64,000 bases of DNA, from contig OZ244851.1 in assembly GCA_965220925.1 (NCBI GenBank), forward strand, positions 529,192 to 593,191, given 5' to 3'. Below are positions 46,098 to 57,050 of this stretch, piece after piece. Made by a program: the position numbers and the translations under genes. Position 1 is the first letter of the stretch, and every line of letters starts with the position of its first letter. Under the pieces are notes generated by a model. It ran no database searches, was not told the origin of the DNA, and saw nothing but the letters and a program-made list of their open reading frames with translations. Source of the DNA: Thermodesulfobacteriota bacterium (lineage in GTDB: Bacteria > Desulfobacterota_D > UBA1144 > Nemesobacterales > Nemesobacteraceae).

Positions 46098-46733
46098 ATG
46101 GTACAGAGTTCATTGCGGGTAAAACCCAGAAAGAGAATAGGCAAAAACGGGGCTAGAGAAATAAGAAAGGAAGGAAACATACCGGCCATACTTTACGGAC
46201 TGGGAGAAAACTCCTTACCGCTCATCGTAAAACCCGATGAATTGAAAAAAGCGCTTTCAAACGATGCCGGAATAAACACCGTGCTGCAACTCGAAATAGA
46301 GGGTTCGAAAAGCCGCGGGAAGAAATTCTCCATGCTTAAAGAAGTTCAAAAAGACTCACTCAAAAACAGAGTGATTCACCTGGATTTTCTGGCCATCGAC
46401 ATGAAAAAAAACGTCAGGGTCAAAGTTCCGATAAACACCTTTGGAAGATCCGAAGGAGAGAGAAAGGGCGGCAGGCTTGAAAAACTTTTGAGAAACCTCG
46501 ATATTGAATGCCTTCCAAACGATATACCTAACTCGATAGAGATCGACGTTACGAATTTAAACATAGGAGATTACATAGATATTGCAAACCTCGGGCTGGG
46601 CGAAGAACTAAAGCCGCTTAGGTCTGGCGACGTAAAAGTCGTTCACGTGCTTTCCGAGCGTTCCGCGGCTATGGAAACAGAAGAGGAAATCGAAGAAGAA
46701 GAACAACAACAAGAACCCGAATCCCAGGAATAA
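46098..46733 (+). CDS. rplY: 50S ribosomal protein L25/Ctc
   Basis: GK..AR..RKEG.IPAILYG and IHLDF; synteny prs-rplY-pth. Confidence 0.93.
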   Translation: MVQSSLRVKPRKRIGKNGAREIRKEGNIPAILYGLGENSLPLIVKPDELKKALSNDAGINTVLQLEIEGSKSRGKKFSMLKEVQKDSLKNRVIHLDFLAIDMKKNVRVKVPINTFGRSEGERKGGRLEKLLRNLDIECLPNDIPNSIEIDVTNLNIGDYIDIANLGLGEELKPLRSGDVKVVHVLSERSAAMETEEEIEEEEQQQEPESQE

Positions 46734-46745
46734 ATCGTCGAATAC

Positions 46746-47318
46746 ATGCGATATTTAATTGCCGGGTTGGGGAATCCCGGTTCCGCTTACCACAACACAA
46801 GACATAACATAGGGTTTCGCGCGGTGGAACGCGTGGCGGAGAAATTGGATGTTAAGATCGGGAAAAACAGATTCAAAAGTCTATGCGCCGAGGCGGTTTA
46901 TTCGGGGGAAAAGCTACTGCTAATAAAACCCCAGACTTTTATGAACGCAAGCGGCGAGGCCGTTCGAGAAGCGCGGAAATTCTACGGAATTTCAAATGAA
47001 AGAATAATCGTGATTCACGACGAACTTGACTTGCATTTGGGAAGAATAAAGATAAGCAGGGCGGGAGGTTCCGCGGGGCATAACGGGATAAAATCCGTAA
47101 TCCGCTCCTTAGGTTCCGAAGAGTTTGCGAGGGTGAAAATAGGAATAGGCGGATATTTGGAGAAAGAGGACGGCAGAGATTACGTTCTGTCCAAGTTCTC
47201 CGGAGAGGAAAAGGATACGGCGACCGAAATGGTCGAAACCGCATCCTCCGCCACACTTGAGATAATAAGTGTGGGAATAGACGCCGCGATGAACGAATTT
47301 AACAGTCGACTGAACTGA
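46746..47318 (+). CDS. pth: Peptidyl-tRNA hydrolase
   Basis: GLGNPG, TRHNIGF, KPQTFMNASG, HDELD and GHNGIKS. Confidence 0.97.
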   Translation: MRYLIAGLGNPGSAYHNTRHNIGFRAVERVAEKLDVKIGKNRFKSLCAEAVYSGEKLLLIKPQTFMNASGEAVREARKFYGISNERIIVIHDELDLHLGRIKISRAGGSAGHNGIKSVIRSLGSEEFARVKIGIGGYLEKEDGRDYVLSKFSGEEKDTATEMVETASSATLEIISVGIDAAMNEFNSRLN

Positions 47319-47351
47319 AACCAAAATTCTCTAAACAGGAGGAATTTATCA

Positions 47352-49418
47352 ATGGGTGAGATTATAGCGGGAAATGTGGGGACAATAGGTATAGCCGTGG
47401 GTCTTGTCGTGCTCTTATACGCTTATTTTGTGTACAGAGGAATAACCAAGCTTCCCGAAGGCAACGAAAAGATGAGAAAAATCGCGTCGGCGATTCACGA
47501 GGGAGCGATGGTGTTTTTGAAAAGAGAATACAGGATAATCGGACTTTTCGCGGCAATTGTCTTCGTTTTACTCTCGGTATTTCTCGGAATTGAAACGGGA
47601 GCCGCATATCTCGGCGGGGCGCTCTGCTCTCTTATTGCCGGGTTTTGCGGTATGAAGGCCGCAACAAAAGCCAACGTTAGAACTGCCCAGGCGGCGGCCA
47701 GTGACGGACAGGGAAAAGCCCTTGAAATGGCGTTTCGAGGCGGAAACGTTATGGGACTTGCCGTGGCGGGACTGGGACTTCTTGGACTTTCCGTAGCCTT
47801 TTTCGTGGGAGTGGATCTTCCGGAAAAGCCCGTTGACGGATCTCTTTTGACAGGGTTTCTTAAAGAATTCGGAGGAATGATAGGCGGGTTTGCCATGGGC
47901 GCAAGCACCGTTGCTCTTTTCGCGAGAATAGGAGGCGGCATATTCACCAAGGCGGCCGACGTGGGAGCCGATCTGGTAGGAAAAGTGGAGGCGGGAATCC
48001 CTGAGGACGACCCGAGAAATCCGGCCACCATAGCCGACAACGTCGGAGACAACGTCGGAGATGTGGCGGGAATGGGAGCCGATCTTTTCGAATCTTACGT
48101 GGGAGCCGTAATCGCGACCATAGTAATCGCGATAAGCATGGATGGAAATCAGCTTACGCTGATGTCGATTCCCCTGATACTTATAATAATCGGAAGTCTC
48201 TCCTCTCTCGTGGGGTCCAAGGCCGTGGGATGGTTAAGGGAGAAAGAACCCAGCGCGGTGCTCGAGAGATCAACAATATTCGCCGCGGTGGTATACTGCG
48301 GAATTTCCCTTTTGGTGCTTTACTTGCTCGCGCAAGCGGAAAACATGTCCGCCATGGGCAAACAGGGTTATATGAGCATATGGATTACGTCCATAGTGGG
48401 CTTGGTATCCGGAATTTTAATCGGAAAGGTTACGGAACATTTCACCTCGGGACCGCCGATAAGAAAGATAGCCAAAGCCTCTGAAACCGGCGTAGCGACC
48501 AACATAATAGAAGGAGTCGCGGTCGGAATGTACAGCACGGCTTACCCCGTGGTTATAATCGCCGCGGCCATAGTGATTTCTCATCTGTTTACTGGGCTCT
48601 ACGGAATAGGAATAGCGGCGGTCAGCATGCTCGCCACGATAGGTATAACGATGTCCGTGGACGCCTACGGACCGGTTGCCGACAACGCCGGAGGCATAGC
48701 GGAAATGTCGGAACTTGGAGCGGACGTGAGAAAAATCACCGACAAGCTCGATTCTCTCGGAAATACGACGGCCGCGATAGGAAAGGGATTCGCCATCGGT
48801 TCGGCGGCGCTTTCCGCTCTCGCTCTATTCGCCGCTTACACAAACGCCGTGGGACTTTCCTCAATCAACATCACTCAGCCCAAAGTAGTGGCCGGAATGC
48901 TGATCGGCGGCACGATACCGTTTCTGATAGGAGCTTTAACAATGGGATCGGTGGGAAGATCCGCGCAGAAGATGGTGGAGGAAGTCAGAAGACAGTTTAG
49001 GGAAATAACCGGACTTCTTGACGGAAAAGCCACTCCCGACTACTCAAGATGCGTACAGATAAGCACCGACGCTTCTTTAAAGGAAATGATACTTCCCGGA
49101 GTTACCGCGGTAGTGGTACCGCTTGTTATAGGTTTTTCCCTGGGAGAAGAAGCTCTCGGAGGATTTCTCGCCGGAGCAGTAATAGCGGGAGTTATGCTTG
49201 CTCTTATGATGGCGAATTCGGGAGGAGCTTGGGACAACGCCAAGAAATTCATAGAGGAAGGAAACTTGGGAGGAAAAGGTTCCGACGCCCATAAAGCGGC
49301 CGTTGTAGGCGATACCGTCGGCGATCCGTTTAAAGATACTTCGGGACCGGCGATGAATATTCTAATTAAGCTTATGTCCATAGTATCGCTTGTGATAGCT
49401 CCTCTTCTCATTTTATGA
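47352..49418 (+). CDS. hppA: Membrane ion-translocating pyrophosphatase, K+-dependent type
   Basis: [26 protein letters not shown] (Ala = K+-dependent signature), GGAWDNAKK and [10 protein letters not shown]. Confidence 0.95.
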   Translation: MGEIIAGNVGTIGIAVGLVVLLYAYFVYRGITKLPEGNEKMRKIASAIHEGAMVFLKREYRIIGLFAAIVFVLLSVFLGIETGAAYLGGALCSLIAGFCGMKAATKANVRTAQAAASDGQGKALEMAFRGGNVMGLAVAGLGLLGLSVAFFVGVDLPEKPVDGSLLTGFLKEFGGMIGGFAMGASTVALFARIGGGIFTKAADVGADLVGKVEAGIPEDDPRNPATIADNVGDNVGDVAGMGADLFESYVGAVIATIVIAISMDGNQLTLMSIPLILIIIGSLSSLVGSKAVGWLREKEPSAVLERSTIFAAVVYCGISLLVLYLLAQAENMSAMGKQGYMSIWITSIVGLVSGILIGKVTEHFTSGPPIRKIAKASETGVATNIIEGVAVGMYSTAYPVVIIAAAIVISHLFTGLYGIGIAAVSMLATIGITMSVDAYGPVADNAGGIAEMSELGADVRKITDKLDSLGNTTAAIGKGFAIGSAALSALALFAAYTNAVGLSSINITQPKVVAGMLIGGTIPFLIGALTMGSVGRSAQKMVEEVRRQFREITGLLDGKATPDYSRCVQISTDASLKEMILPGVTAVVVPLVIGFSLGEEALGGFLAGAVIAGVMLALMMANSGGAWDNAKKFIEEGNLGGKGSDAHKAAVVGDTVGDPFKDTSGPAMNILIKLMSIVSLVIAPLLIL

Positions 49419-49437
49419 GGCAGGAAAATCTTTTATG

Positions 49438-49471
49438 GAGAGGGGACGGGGAAATAAACTTCTCCCCTCTC
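49438..49471 (+). terminator. Hairpin terminator after hppA
   Basis: GAGAGGGGA...TCCCCTCTC followed by TTCTATTT. Confidence 0.55.
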
Positions 49472-49512
49472 TTCTATTTACACAGGCTTTTTTAATCGGA
49501 TATAATAGAAGT

Positions 49513-49562
49513 TTCTGTTGTTCCTGATTTCGAGTCGGGGACCAAAAGACCATAACAGGAGG
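49513..49562 (+). promoter_or_regulatory. Putative S6:S18 ribosomal protein leader
   Basis: After TATAAT (49501): an outer stem TTCTGTTG/TAACAGGA masks the SD, with an inner hairpin TTCCTGATT/AGTCGGGGA and an unpaired CCA just 5' of the SD strand, as in the known rpsF leader. Confidence 0.5.
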
Positions 49563-49569
49563 CGGTAAA

Positions 49570-49986
49570 ATGGCTACTGAGCCGAAGAAATACGAAACGC
49601 TTTATCTGATAAGACCGGATATCCCCCCTGAAGACATTCTCAAGATTCAAAATAAAGTTGAGCAAAGCGTAACCGCAAACGGCGGAACGATAATAAAATC
49701 CGAGAAATGGGCGGAAAGGGATCTTGCATATAGAATAAACAACCATTCTAAAGGCATTTACTACATAGCTCTTTACGAAGCCGAAGCCGGTGCGGTAAAA
49801 GACATAGAGAGATATTTCACTCTTTCGAAAAATAACGTTCTGCGTTTTATGACCGTATTAGCCACCGAAGAAGAAAAATCCTCGCAAGCAGTAACAACGC
49901 CGTCACAAGGAGAGGCAAATTCCGAAAGCCCGTTTCAAACTCCTCCTACGACAGCCGAGGAAACTCAGGGAGGTAGTGAATTATGA
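49570..49986 (+). CDS. rpsF: 30S ribosomal protein S6
   Basis: [22 protein letters not shown] and VLRFM. Confidence 0.95.
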   Translation: MATEPKKYETLYLIRPDIPPEDILKIQNKVEQSVTANGGTIIKSEKWAERDLAYRINNHSKGIYYIALYEAEAGAVKDIERYFTLSKNNVLRFMTVLATEEEKSSQAVTTPSQGEANSESPFQTPPTTAEETQGGSEL

Positions 49987-50243
49987 GCAGAAAAGTACCC
50001 ATGTCCGGAAATGGAAGAAGAAAATTCTACTCGCGCAGAAAGAAACCCAGAGATCTAGCCAAAGAAGGCAAGCAGATAGATTACAAAGACACTGGACTTC
50101 TCTCGCAATTTATAACAGAAAGAAAGAAAATACTGCCCAGAAGAAACACCGGTTTATCCAGGCAGGAACAGAGAAAAGTGGCAATTGCGATAAAAAGAGC
50201 CCGATTCATGGCTCTTTTGCCTTATACGGTAACCCACAAGTGA
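49983..50243 (+). CDS. rpsR: 30S ribosomal protein S18 (C-minus, no Zn cysteines)
   Basis: IDYKD..LL.QFITER.KILPRR.TG and [13 protein letters not shown]. Confidence 0.96.
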   Translation: MSRKVPMSGNGRRKFYSRRKKPRDLAKEGKQIDYKDTGLLSQFITERKKILPRRNTGLSRQEQRKVAIAIKRARFMALLPYTVTHK

Positions 50244-50274
50244 TTAACCGCTTAACCGATACCGGAGGTAGAGG

Positions 50275-50751
50275 ATGAAAGTAATTCTGATTTCCGACGT
50301 AGAAAACGTAGGAACCGTCGGAGACATAAAAGAAGTAAAAAACGGAATGGCGAGGAATTATCTGTTTCCCAGAAAACTTGCCGTAAAAGCCACTGAACCC
50401 AATCTCAAAGCTTGGGGAAAAAGAATAGAAGCCGTAAAACTTCGCAAGACCGAAATCCTTGAAAACGCTAAGGCCTTGGCGGAAAAACTTCAAAATTTGG
50501 AAATTTCCATATCCGCCAAATCCGGAGAAAACGATCGTCTTTTCGGATCGATCACCTCGCAGAATATCTGCGACGCTCTGGCTACGGCCGGATTCGAGAT
50601 ATCGAGAAGAGACATAGTGTTTGAAGGCCCTATAAAAACTCTTGGGAACCACACGATAACTCTAAAACTTCACACAGACGTCACCCAAGACATAATCTTA
50701 AACGTTGTCAACGAACAGGACCCCAAGCAGGATCAGGAAGACGACAACTGA
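50275..50751 (+). CDS. rplI: 50S ribosomal protein L9
   Basis: MKVIL..DV..VG..GDIKEVK.G.ARNYLFP, LFGSIT and PIKTLG. Confidence 0.96.
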   Translation: MKVILISDVENVGTVGDIKEVKNGMARNYLFPRKLAVKATEPNLKAWGKRIEAVKLRKTEILENAKALAEKLQNLEISISAKSGENDRLFGSITSQNICDALATAGFEISRRDIVFEGPIKTLGNHTITLKLHTDVTQDIILNVVNEQDPKQDQEDDN

Positions 50752-50782
50752 GCATATTGAATTTTTGGCAGGAGGACGCCAC

Positions 50783-51601
50783 ATGTCAGACAGTTTAAAA
50801 ACACCAAAGTTCGCTCCCGTAGGAGAAAAAGAAGTTACGCGGGCTATTGTGGAAGGATTTTCGGATGAATTTAGCGAATACATCACAAGCGACGTTATAA
50901 TCGTGGGCGCCGGGCCGAGCGGACTTGTCGCGGCGAAGGACATAGCGAAAAAGAAATACAAAGTGCTCCTCGTCGAAAGAATGAATTATCTCGGCGGAGG
51001 ATTCTGGATCGGCGGATATCTTATGAACAAAGTTACTGTGCGGGCTCCGGGACAAACGGTTCTCGATGAAATTGAAGTGCCTTATGAAGAAGTTTCCGAA
51101 GGACTTTTCGTCTCCGACGGTCCTTACGCATGCTCAAAACTCATCGCGACCGCGTGTGAAGCGGGAGCTAAAATAAGAAACATGACTCTGTTTGACGATC
51201 TGGTTTACAGAGAAAACGGAAGAGTGGCGGGAATAGTTATCAACTGGACCCCCATTGCCAACATGCCGAAAGAGATAACGTGTCTTGATCCCGTGGCGAT
51301 TGAATCGAAGCTTGTAATAGATGCCACAGGCCACGACGCCTATTGCGTCTCCAGATTATCCCAGCAAGGCCTTTACAGAAAACTTCCCGGGCACGGATCG
51401 ATGTGGGTTGAGAAATCGGAAGAAGCTCTCGTCGAATACACGGGAGAGATACATCCGGGACTTCTGGCATGCGGAATGTCGGTCAACACCACTTTCGGAC
51501 TTCCGAGAATGGGACCCACTTTCGGTGGTATGCTGCTTTCGGGGAAAAAAGTGGCTCAAGTTGCGGTAAACATACTTGAAGAAATGGATTACGATTCATG
51601 A
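50783..51601 (+). CDS. thi4: Thi4 adenosine-diphosphate thiazole synthase (Cys-type)
   Basis: DVIIVGAGPSGL, LGGGFW.GG, TCLDP, IDATGHDA and PRMGPTFGGMLLSG; SD GGAGG before ATG 50783. Confidence 0.9.
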   Translation: MSDSLKTPKFAPVGEKEVTRAIVEGFSDEFSEYITSDVIIVGAGPSGLVAAKDIAKKKYKVLLVERMNYLGGGFWIGGYLMNKVTVRAPGQTVLDEIEVPYEEVSEGLFVSDGPYACSKLIATACEAGAKIRNMTLFDDLVYRENGRVAGIVINWTPIANMPKEITCLDPVAIESKLVIDATGHDAYCVSRLSQQGLYRKLPGHGSMWVEKSEEALVEYTGEIHPGLLACGMSVNTTFGLPRMGPTFGGMLLSGKKVAQVAVNILEEMDYDS

Positions 51602-52369
51602 CAAAGGGGACCGATTTTCCCCTATTTTCGTGATTTCGTCCGCGCATTCGGCGCACACTCCTCCCGCGTATTGAATATCGAGAACTTCCTTTTGCCAGTG
51701 AGAATTAAAAAGGGAGCATCGTTTGTCGGCGCAAAACTCTCTTCCGGAAAAATGGTGCAGCAGGGGTTGCAAAACGTAAGCGCTTGCTATCTTCGTTATT
51801 CTCTCGTCCCGGTATTCAACAAATCTTCCCCGAAAAAACTCGTCGAGTTCACTCAAGTCTTTTCCTAAACGCGTAAATTCCGCTTTCAGAAAATAATATT
51901 CCCTCGGTCTTGCGGGTCCCTCCACCATTCCCGAAGTTGAGATAAGGGACGGAACTCCGGAAATGATAACTCTCGCGTGATATCTTTTAATATCGAAAGT
52001 GGCCAGCAGTCTCCCGGTAATAATTGCGTGGAAGGCGCTTTCGGAAAGCTTTTCCGGATACTTTCTCAGAAAGAACCTTGAGAATAATCTCTGTACCCAG
52101 AAACCGTCGTAAATTTCCTTGTCAAATGGCTCGGACGGTTGGTTCGTTTCGGGTCCTTCGAAAAAATCAACGGGTTTTTCAATACTGAAAACTCTGGCTT
52201 TTGCCAGAAGCGAATCAAATTCCGAAAGCTCTTCGGGTTCAAGCGAAAGATAGCTTAAAAAATCTCCGCGAAAGTTCACCTTGAGACCGAATTGCGAGAG
52301 AAAATCCATTACGCCCCCCGTAAGAAGCGACGGAGAAGGACTATCGGAATAAAGGAACACGGACGGCAT
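51596..52369 (-). CDS. DUF6775-like putative metallopeptidase
   Basis: IYDGF, RYHARVII, ISTSGMVEGPARPREYY and FC....C.LFN.HWQ...C..C; family assignment from memory. Confidence 0.6.
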   Translation of the reverse strand: MPSVFLYSDSPSPSLLTGGVMDFLSQFGLKVNFRGDFLSYLSLEPEELSEFDSLLAKARVFSIEKPVDFFEGPETNQPSEPFDKEIYDGFWVQRLFSRFFLRKYPEKLSESAFHAIITGRLLATFDIKRYHARVIISGVPSLISTSGMVEGPARPREYYFLKAEFTRLGKDLSELDEFFRGRFVEYRDERITKIASAYVLQPLLHHFSGREFCADKRCSLFNSHWQKEVLDIQYAGGVCAECADEITKIGENRSPLS

Positions 52370-52391
52370 CTCGGAAAGCCTCTCAATTTTC

Positions 52392-52862
52392 TTAGAAATC
52401 GTAACCCAATGAAAATTCGGCTATGATTTCCACTTCCACCGGAGAGTTCATCGGAAGACTCGATACTCCCACCGCGACCCTTGCGTGGCGACCGTTCTCA
52501 GACAATATTTCGGAGAAAAAATCGGAAGCTCCGTTAACCACTTTATGCTGCTCGAAAAAATCGGGAGCGCTCGCCACATAACCGGTTACTTTAACAATTC
52601 TCGTAAGTTGCCGTATATCTTTTAAAACATGGCCGAGAACCGAAAGACCGTTTATCGCCGCGAGTCTCGCCGCATCGTACCCTTGAGCGAGCGTGAGGTC
52701 GGACCCCACTTTCCCACTAAAGAGCAGCTTGCCATCTTCGATCGGCAGCTGACCGGATACGAAAATCAGGTTGCCGGAGACGGTCGCGGGGACGTAACTG
52801 CCAAGAGCGGTAACCTGTTCCGCGAGTTTTATACCGAGCTCGGAAAGTTTTTTCTCTATCAT
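52392..52862 (-). CDS. RidA/YjgF family protein
   Basis: SYVP, VSGQLP, VNGASD and GRHARVAVGV..LP..SPVEVE. Confidence 0.9.
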   Translation of the reverse strand: MIEKKLSELGIKLAEQVTALGSYVPATVSGNLIFVSGQLPIEDGKLLFSGKVGSDLTLAQGYDAARLAAINGLSVLGHVLKDIRQLTRIVKVTGYVASAPDFFEQHKVVNGASDFFSEILSENGRHARVAVGVSSLPMNSPVEVEIIAEFSLGYDF

Positions 52863-52866
52863 TAGT

Positions 52867-54312
52867 TTAGTCGCGATTAGTCCTTACGCTGATATATATC
52901 GTTCTACCCATACGCTCGACCAAAAAAAGCAGGATATTTTTTTCACCGAGTTCTTCAAGGACTTTCTCGTATTCATCTACAGTCTCGACCGAAGTGCCGT
53001 TTATTCCCAATATCGCGTCACCCGGTTGAAGTTCCGAGTCCGAAGCTAGACTTCCGGGCTCAATATTTGTAACAACCACTCCCTGGGACGTTTTCAGCCC
53101 AAATTTGTTTCTTAGTCTCTCGCTTATTTCATCCACCTCGACGCCGAAACTTTTCAGCTTCTCACTAGGCTTTCGAGACTTTGGATTCTTTTCGTTATCG
53201 GAATGTTCTATAAGCTTTATGTTGAAATTCTTCTCCTCCCCGTCGCGAAACACCACGAACTTAGTACTCACGCCGGGCTTCGTAAGCGCTAGTTTTCTGG
53301 CAAGGGTGGAAGAGTCCGGAATTTTTTCCCCGTCAACCGAAAGAATAACGTCTCCTCTGCGAAGACCGGCTTTGTCCGCCGGACTTCCGTTTTTAACTTC
53401 GGATATAAGTCCCCCTTGGTTGCCCTGAATCCCCAGCGCCTCGGAAATTTCCGGGGTTATATCCTGGATCATTATTCCGAGCCAGCCTCTTATAACCCTC
53501 CCGTGATCTTTCAGTTGCTCAACCACCTTTTTGGCCATGTTTATCGGTATGGCGAATCCCATTCCCCGAGCGCGGGCTATAATCGCCGTGTTTATCCCTA
53601 TCACTTTGCCTTCGAAGTTTAAAAGAGGGCCGCCGCTGTTTCCGGGGTTTATCGCGGTGTCAGTCTGAATGAAGTTATCGTAGCGCCCGACTCCAAGCGC
53701 CCTTCCTTTCCCGCTTATTATCCCCGCGGTAACCGTATGCCCGAGACCGAAAGGGTTTCCGATGGCAAACACCCATTCACCTATTTCAACGGCGGAAGAA
53801 TCTCCCATCTCCACGGCGGACAAGGGCTCTTTGGGGTCGACTTTCAGGAGAGCCAAGTCGGTTTGAGGATCGGTGCCAACTATCTCGGCCGCATATTTCT
53901 TACCGCCTTCAAGTATAACCTCCACCTCTTCGGCTTTTCTTATTACATGATTGCTGGTAATGATATAACCGTCTGAACTTATTATAAATCCAGAGCCCAA
54001 TCCTCTGCTTTTGAACTTCCTATCGGGCATTTGATCTCCAAAGAATTTTTCGAAAAACTTCTTGAAATATTCTTCTTGGTAAGGAGACGCGTACGGCGAA
54101 GTCTTTATCACGTTTGTAGTGCTTATGTTCACAACCGAAGGAGTGAGCCGCTTTACGGTAAGCGAAAGAGATTCGGGAGAGTCGTGGGAAACCGCTTTTG
54201 TCGGAGCACCCGACAAGGTAAATACCAAAGCGAAGAGAAAAACGAGAGATTCAAACGAACCTGTCGCAGCCGCTTTAGAAAATTTTAAATTTAAAAACCG
54301 TCTGATGACCAT
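52867..54312 (-). CDS. DegP/DegQ (HtrA) serine protease with two PDZ domains
   Basis: GLGSGFII, TSNHV, DLAL and INPGNSGGPL, followed by two PDZ domains. Confidence 0.95.
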   Translation of the reverse strand: MVIRRFLNLKFSKAAATGSFESLVFLFALVFTLSGAPTKAVSHDSPESLSLTVKRLTPSVVNISTTNVIKTSPYASPYQEEYFKKFFEKFFGDQMPDRKFKSRGLGSGFIISSDGYIITSNHVIRKAEEVEVILEGGKKYAAEIVGTDPQTDLALLKVDPKEPLSAVEMGDSSAVEIGEWVFAIGNPFGLGHTVTAGIISGKGRALGVGRYDNFIQTDTAINPGNSGGPLLNFEGKVIGINTAIIARARGMGFAIPINMAKKVVEQLKDHGRVIRGWLGIMIQDITPEISEALGIQGNQGGLISEVKNGSPADKAGLRRGDVILSVDGEKIPDSSTLARKLALTKPGVSTKFVVFRDGEEKNFNIKLIEHSDNEKNPKSRKPSEKLKSFGVEVDEISERLRNKFGLKTSQGVVVTNIEPGSLASDSELQPGDAILGINGTSVETVDEYEKVLEELGEKNILLFLVERMGRTIYISVRTNRD

Positions 54313-54313
54313 A

Positions 54314-55450
54314 TCACAAAGGATATTTCAACATATCGTCCCAGTATCTAAAAAGCTGTCTGCTGGAATATAATCTGGCTAGGTAATCGCGTATGGATGA
54401 AAGCGCGCCGCTTTGCGTGTATATGAACTTCCCCATAATCCTGGATTGATTCTGAACCTTGTTAACCCTGCCCTTCCTTCTGGACTCGTACTGCAAAAAA
54501 GCGTGAGCGTAGTTTCTGGAGTCGGTTCTGCAAAGTTCTTCCGCCAAAACGGAAGCCGACTCCATAGCCATCGACGCGCCGGCGCCGGCGTTTGGCAATA
54601 TAGCATGGACCGCGTCTCCGACAAGGACCACTCTTCCGCGCGACCAGCTATTCATTCTAATATCGTTATATTGATCATAGTAAATATTTCTCGGGTCATC
54701 CAAATCGCGTAAAATATCCGGTACCACTCCCGCGAATTCACCGAAGTTGCGGCGAATGTCTTCTATTCTATCATCAATCCCGCTGTAAGTGTCGGGTTTC
54801 GTCCTTACGCTAGTGAAAACGGCGAGACGCTCGCGAGTAGGCCATATTCCGAGGAACTTTCCCCTGCCCCAATACTCGACTATCCCGTCCGTCGCGCCAA
54901 TATCCGAAGCGGTCCAAAAACCCCATCCGGACATGCCGCTGTAGCGAAGTGGAATATCTCCGAAAATATCTTTTCGGATTCTGGATCTTATTCCGTCACA
55001 TCCCACAACAAGATCGTACGTCTGCTCGGTTCCGTCGCTCAAGACTACGGTAATTCCATCTTTGTCATCCTTAAGCGAAGCGACGGTGGTATTCATTCTT
55101 ATCGAATCTTCACTTACCGCGGAGCTCAATATTTCGATCAAGTCGGGGCGATAGATACTGATTATGGAACCGTATTTTTCCACCACGGGGTCGATACAGT
55201 AGTTGTTTATTATTTTGCCTTTGGAGTTTGAGATATTGTATTTGGTAAACGCGCAACCCCGCTGTTGCAGACTCTCATAAAGTCCGAGCCCTTTGAGTAT
55301 TCTGCTTCCCGAAGGCCAAACCACTATGACGTAGCCAACGTCTGAGAACTCGGAAGCCCTCTCGATAAGAGTCGGGCGAAAGCCGCGCTGCTCCAAAAGT
55401 CCGCAGAGAGTCAAACCCGCGACACCCCCTCCCACTATAAGAATTTTCAT
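54314..55450 (-). CDS. FAD-dependent monooxygenase (aromatic hydroxylase, group A)
   Basis: KILIVGGGVAGL, DLVVGCDGIRS and VLVGDAVHA..P..G.GA. Confidence 0.88.
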   Translation of the reverse strand: MKILIVGGGVAGLTLCGLLEQRGFRPTLIERASEFSDVGYVIVVWPSGSRILKGLGLYESLQQRGCAFTKYNISNSKGKIINNYCIDPVVEKYGSIISIYRPDLIEILSSAVSEDSIRMNTTVASLKDDKDGITVVLSDGTEQTYDLVVGCDGIRSRIRKDIFGDIPLRYSGMSGWGFWTASDIGATDGIVEYWGRGKFLGIWPTRERLAVFTSVRTKPDTYSGIDDRIEDIRRNFGEFAGVVPDILRDLDDPRNIYYDQYNDIRMNSWSRGRVVLVGDAVHAILPNAGAGASMAMESASVLAEELCRTDSRNYAHAFLQYESRRKGRVNKVQNQSRIMGKFIYTQSGALSSIRDYLARLYSSRQLFRYWDDMLKYPL

Positions 55451-55550
55451 ATCGGGTCCGTAACGTATACGGCCACCTGAGGGTGCGGAAAACCCCCGGT
55501 TTCTGCTCATTTTTTCTTTCCTTTCAAAACAATAAAGATGGTTTTTAAGA

Positions 55551-57050
55551 TTATAAACGATTTTCAAAAGACTGCTTAATGCTGGTTTTCGAAACTTTGC
55601 CCATTGAGTTTCTTGGAAGAACGGGAAAAAGCATAAGTTCGCTCGGCAACTTGTAACGGGCGAGTTTGTCGGAAGCCCAGAGGCGAAGCCGTTTAATGTC
55701 CATCGAAGAATTTTCTTTCATCACCAAAGCGGCGGCGATTCTCTCTCCCCAACTTTTATCGGCTATTCCCACCACCGCGCATTCGGAAATAAACGGATGT
55801 TCTCTCAGCACTTCCTCGATCTCAAGAGCGGATATTTTATATCCTCCCGATTTTATTATATCCAGCGATTCCCTGCCAAGTATTCTGAAGTAGCCGTCGC
55901 TTTCAATCAGCGCAATATCTCCCGTTTTGAACCAGCTTCCGGAAAAAGCTTCTTCGGTCTCCGCGGGTCTTCCCCAGTATTCAAGAAACACGGTATCTCC
56001 CCTGACTCTTATCTCTCCTCTTTGTCCAACCCCAAGCCGTCTGCCGCTATTATCAAAAACACCCACTTCAACTCCCGGCATCGCAAATCCAACCCGACCC
56101 GGCAGTCTCCGTCCCTCGTAAGGATTCGAAAGAGCCATTCCAATTTCCGTCATTCCATACCTCTCGAGAAGAGGCTGTCCGCCTATTTCGCTCCACTTTT
56201 GAAAAACCGATACCGGAAGCGGCGCGGAACCCGAGACCATGAGACGAAAATTCCGAAGAGAATCGCTCGCGCTTTTTTTCTTCTCGGAGGAAAATTCTTC
56301 CCAGCTGTCTATAAGCTTCGAGTAAATGGTCGGAACGCCCATAAATAGGGTCAGGTCTTTTTTCTCAAATCTTTCCCACACTTCCCGAGAATTGAATCCG
56401 TCCGCCATCACACATCTCGCTCCGGACCAAATAGAGCAAAGAACCACATTCAGTACTCCGTGGAGGTGATGAAGAGGCAAAACGTTGAGTATGGAATCAT
56501 CGCAATTCCATCTCCACGCTTCGATCATGCTGCTTATTTGAGCTTTTATATTCAGATGAGTGGAGACCACGCCCTTGGGACGGGACGTGGTTCCGCTTGT
56601 GTATATAATCATGGCTTTTCTTTCTTCGGAAATTGTGGGGAGTTTTCCCGAAGAAGGCTTTAAAACATCGCCCAGTTCTAAGAATCGCAAAGGTCCAGGC
56701 GAAGAAATACCCGAGAGTCTTTCCCTGAAGCGCGGATGATAAATCACCGTCTGCGCGCCGGAATCTCCTATAACATATTCGGTCTCCCTTGCGGAATGAG
56801 CGATACCCAGGGGAACGGATATCCCTCCGGCCATCCATACACCGAGCTTAACCGCGGCATACGAAAAGCCGGGCGGTACTATAAACGCGATTCTTTCCTC
56901 CGAAAGGTCTTTTCGATTCCCCAGAAGATTAAGCGCCAGAAAACGCGAAGATCGAAAAAGATCTTCGTAGGTAAACTCTCCCGTCCAGTCTTCGATAGCG
57001 AGTTTTTTCCCGAAGTTTTCTACCCTTTTTATTAATTCAATCCTTTTCAT
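55551..57050 (-). CDS. Acyl-CoA synthetase (MatB / malonyl-CoA synthetase-like)
   Basis: YTSGTTSRPKG, LPLHHLHG, ERYGMTE (MatB/ACSF3-type), FKTGD and PRNSMGKV. Confidence 0.85.
   Translation of the reverse strand: MKRIELIKRVENFGKKLAIEDWTGEFTYEDLFRSSRFLALNLLGNRKDLSEERIAFIVPPGFSYAAVKLGVWMAGGISVPLGIAHSARETEYVIGDSGAQTVIYHPRFRERLSGISSPGPLRFLELGDVLKPSSGKLPTISEERKAMIIYTSGTTSRPKGVVSTHLNIKAQISSMIEAWRWNCDDSILNVLPLHHLHGVLNVVLCSIWSGARCVMADGFNSREVWERFEKKDLTLFMGVPTIYSKLIDSWEEFSSEKKKSASDSLRNFRLMVSGSAPLPVSVFQKWSEIGGQPLLERYGMTEIGMALSNPYEGRRLPGRVGFAMPGVEVGVFDNSGRRLGVGQRGEIRVRGDTVFLEYWGRPAETEEAFSGSWFKTGDIALIESDGYFRILGRESLDIIKSGGYKISALEIEEVLREHPFISECAVVGIADKSWGERIAAALVMKENSSMDIKRLRLWASDKLARYKLPSELMLFPVLPRNSMGKVSKTSIKQSFENRL

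Noticed and set aside
49976-50278. 100-aa ORF overlapping rpsR
   Set aside because: Alternative frame of rpsR with no independent support.
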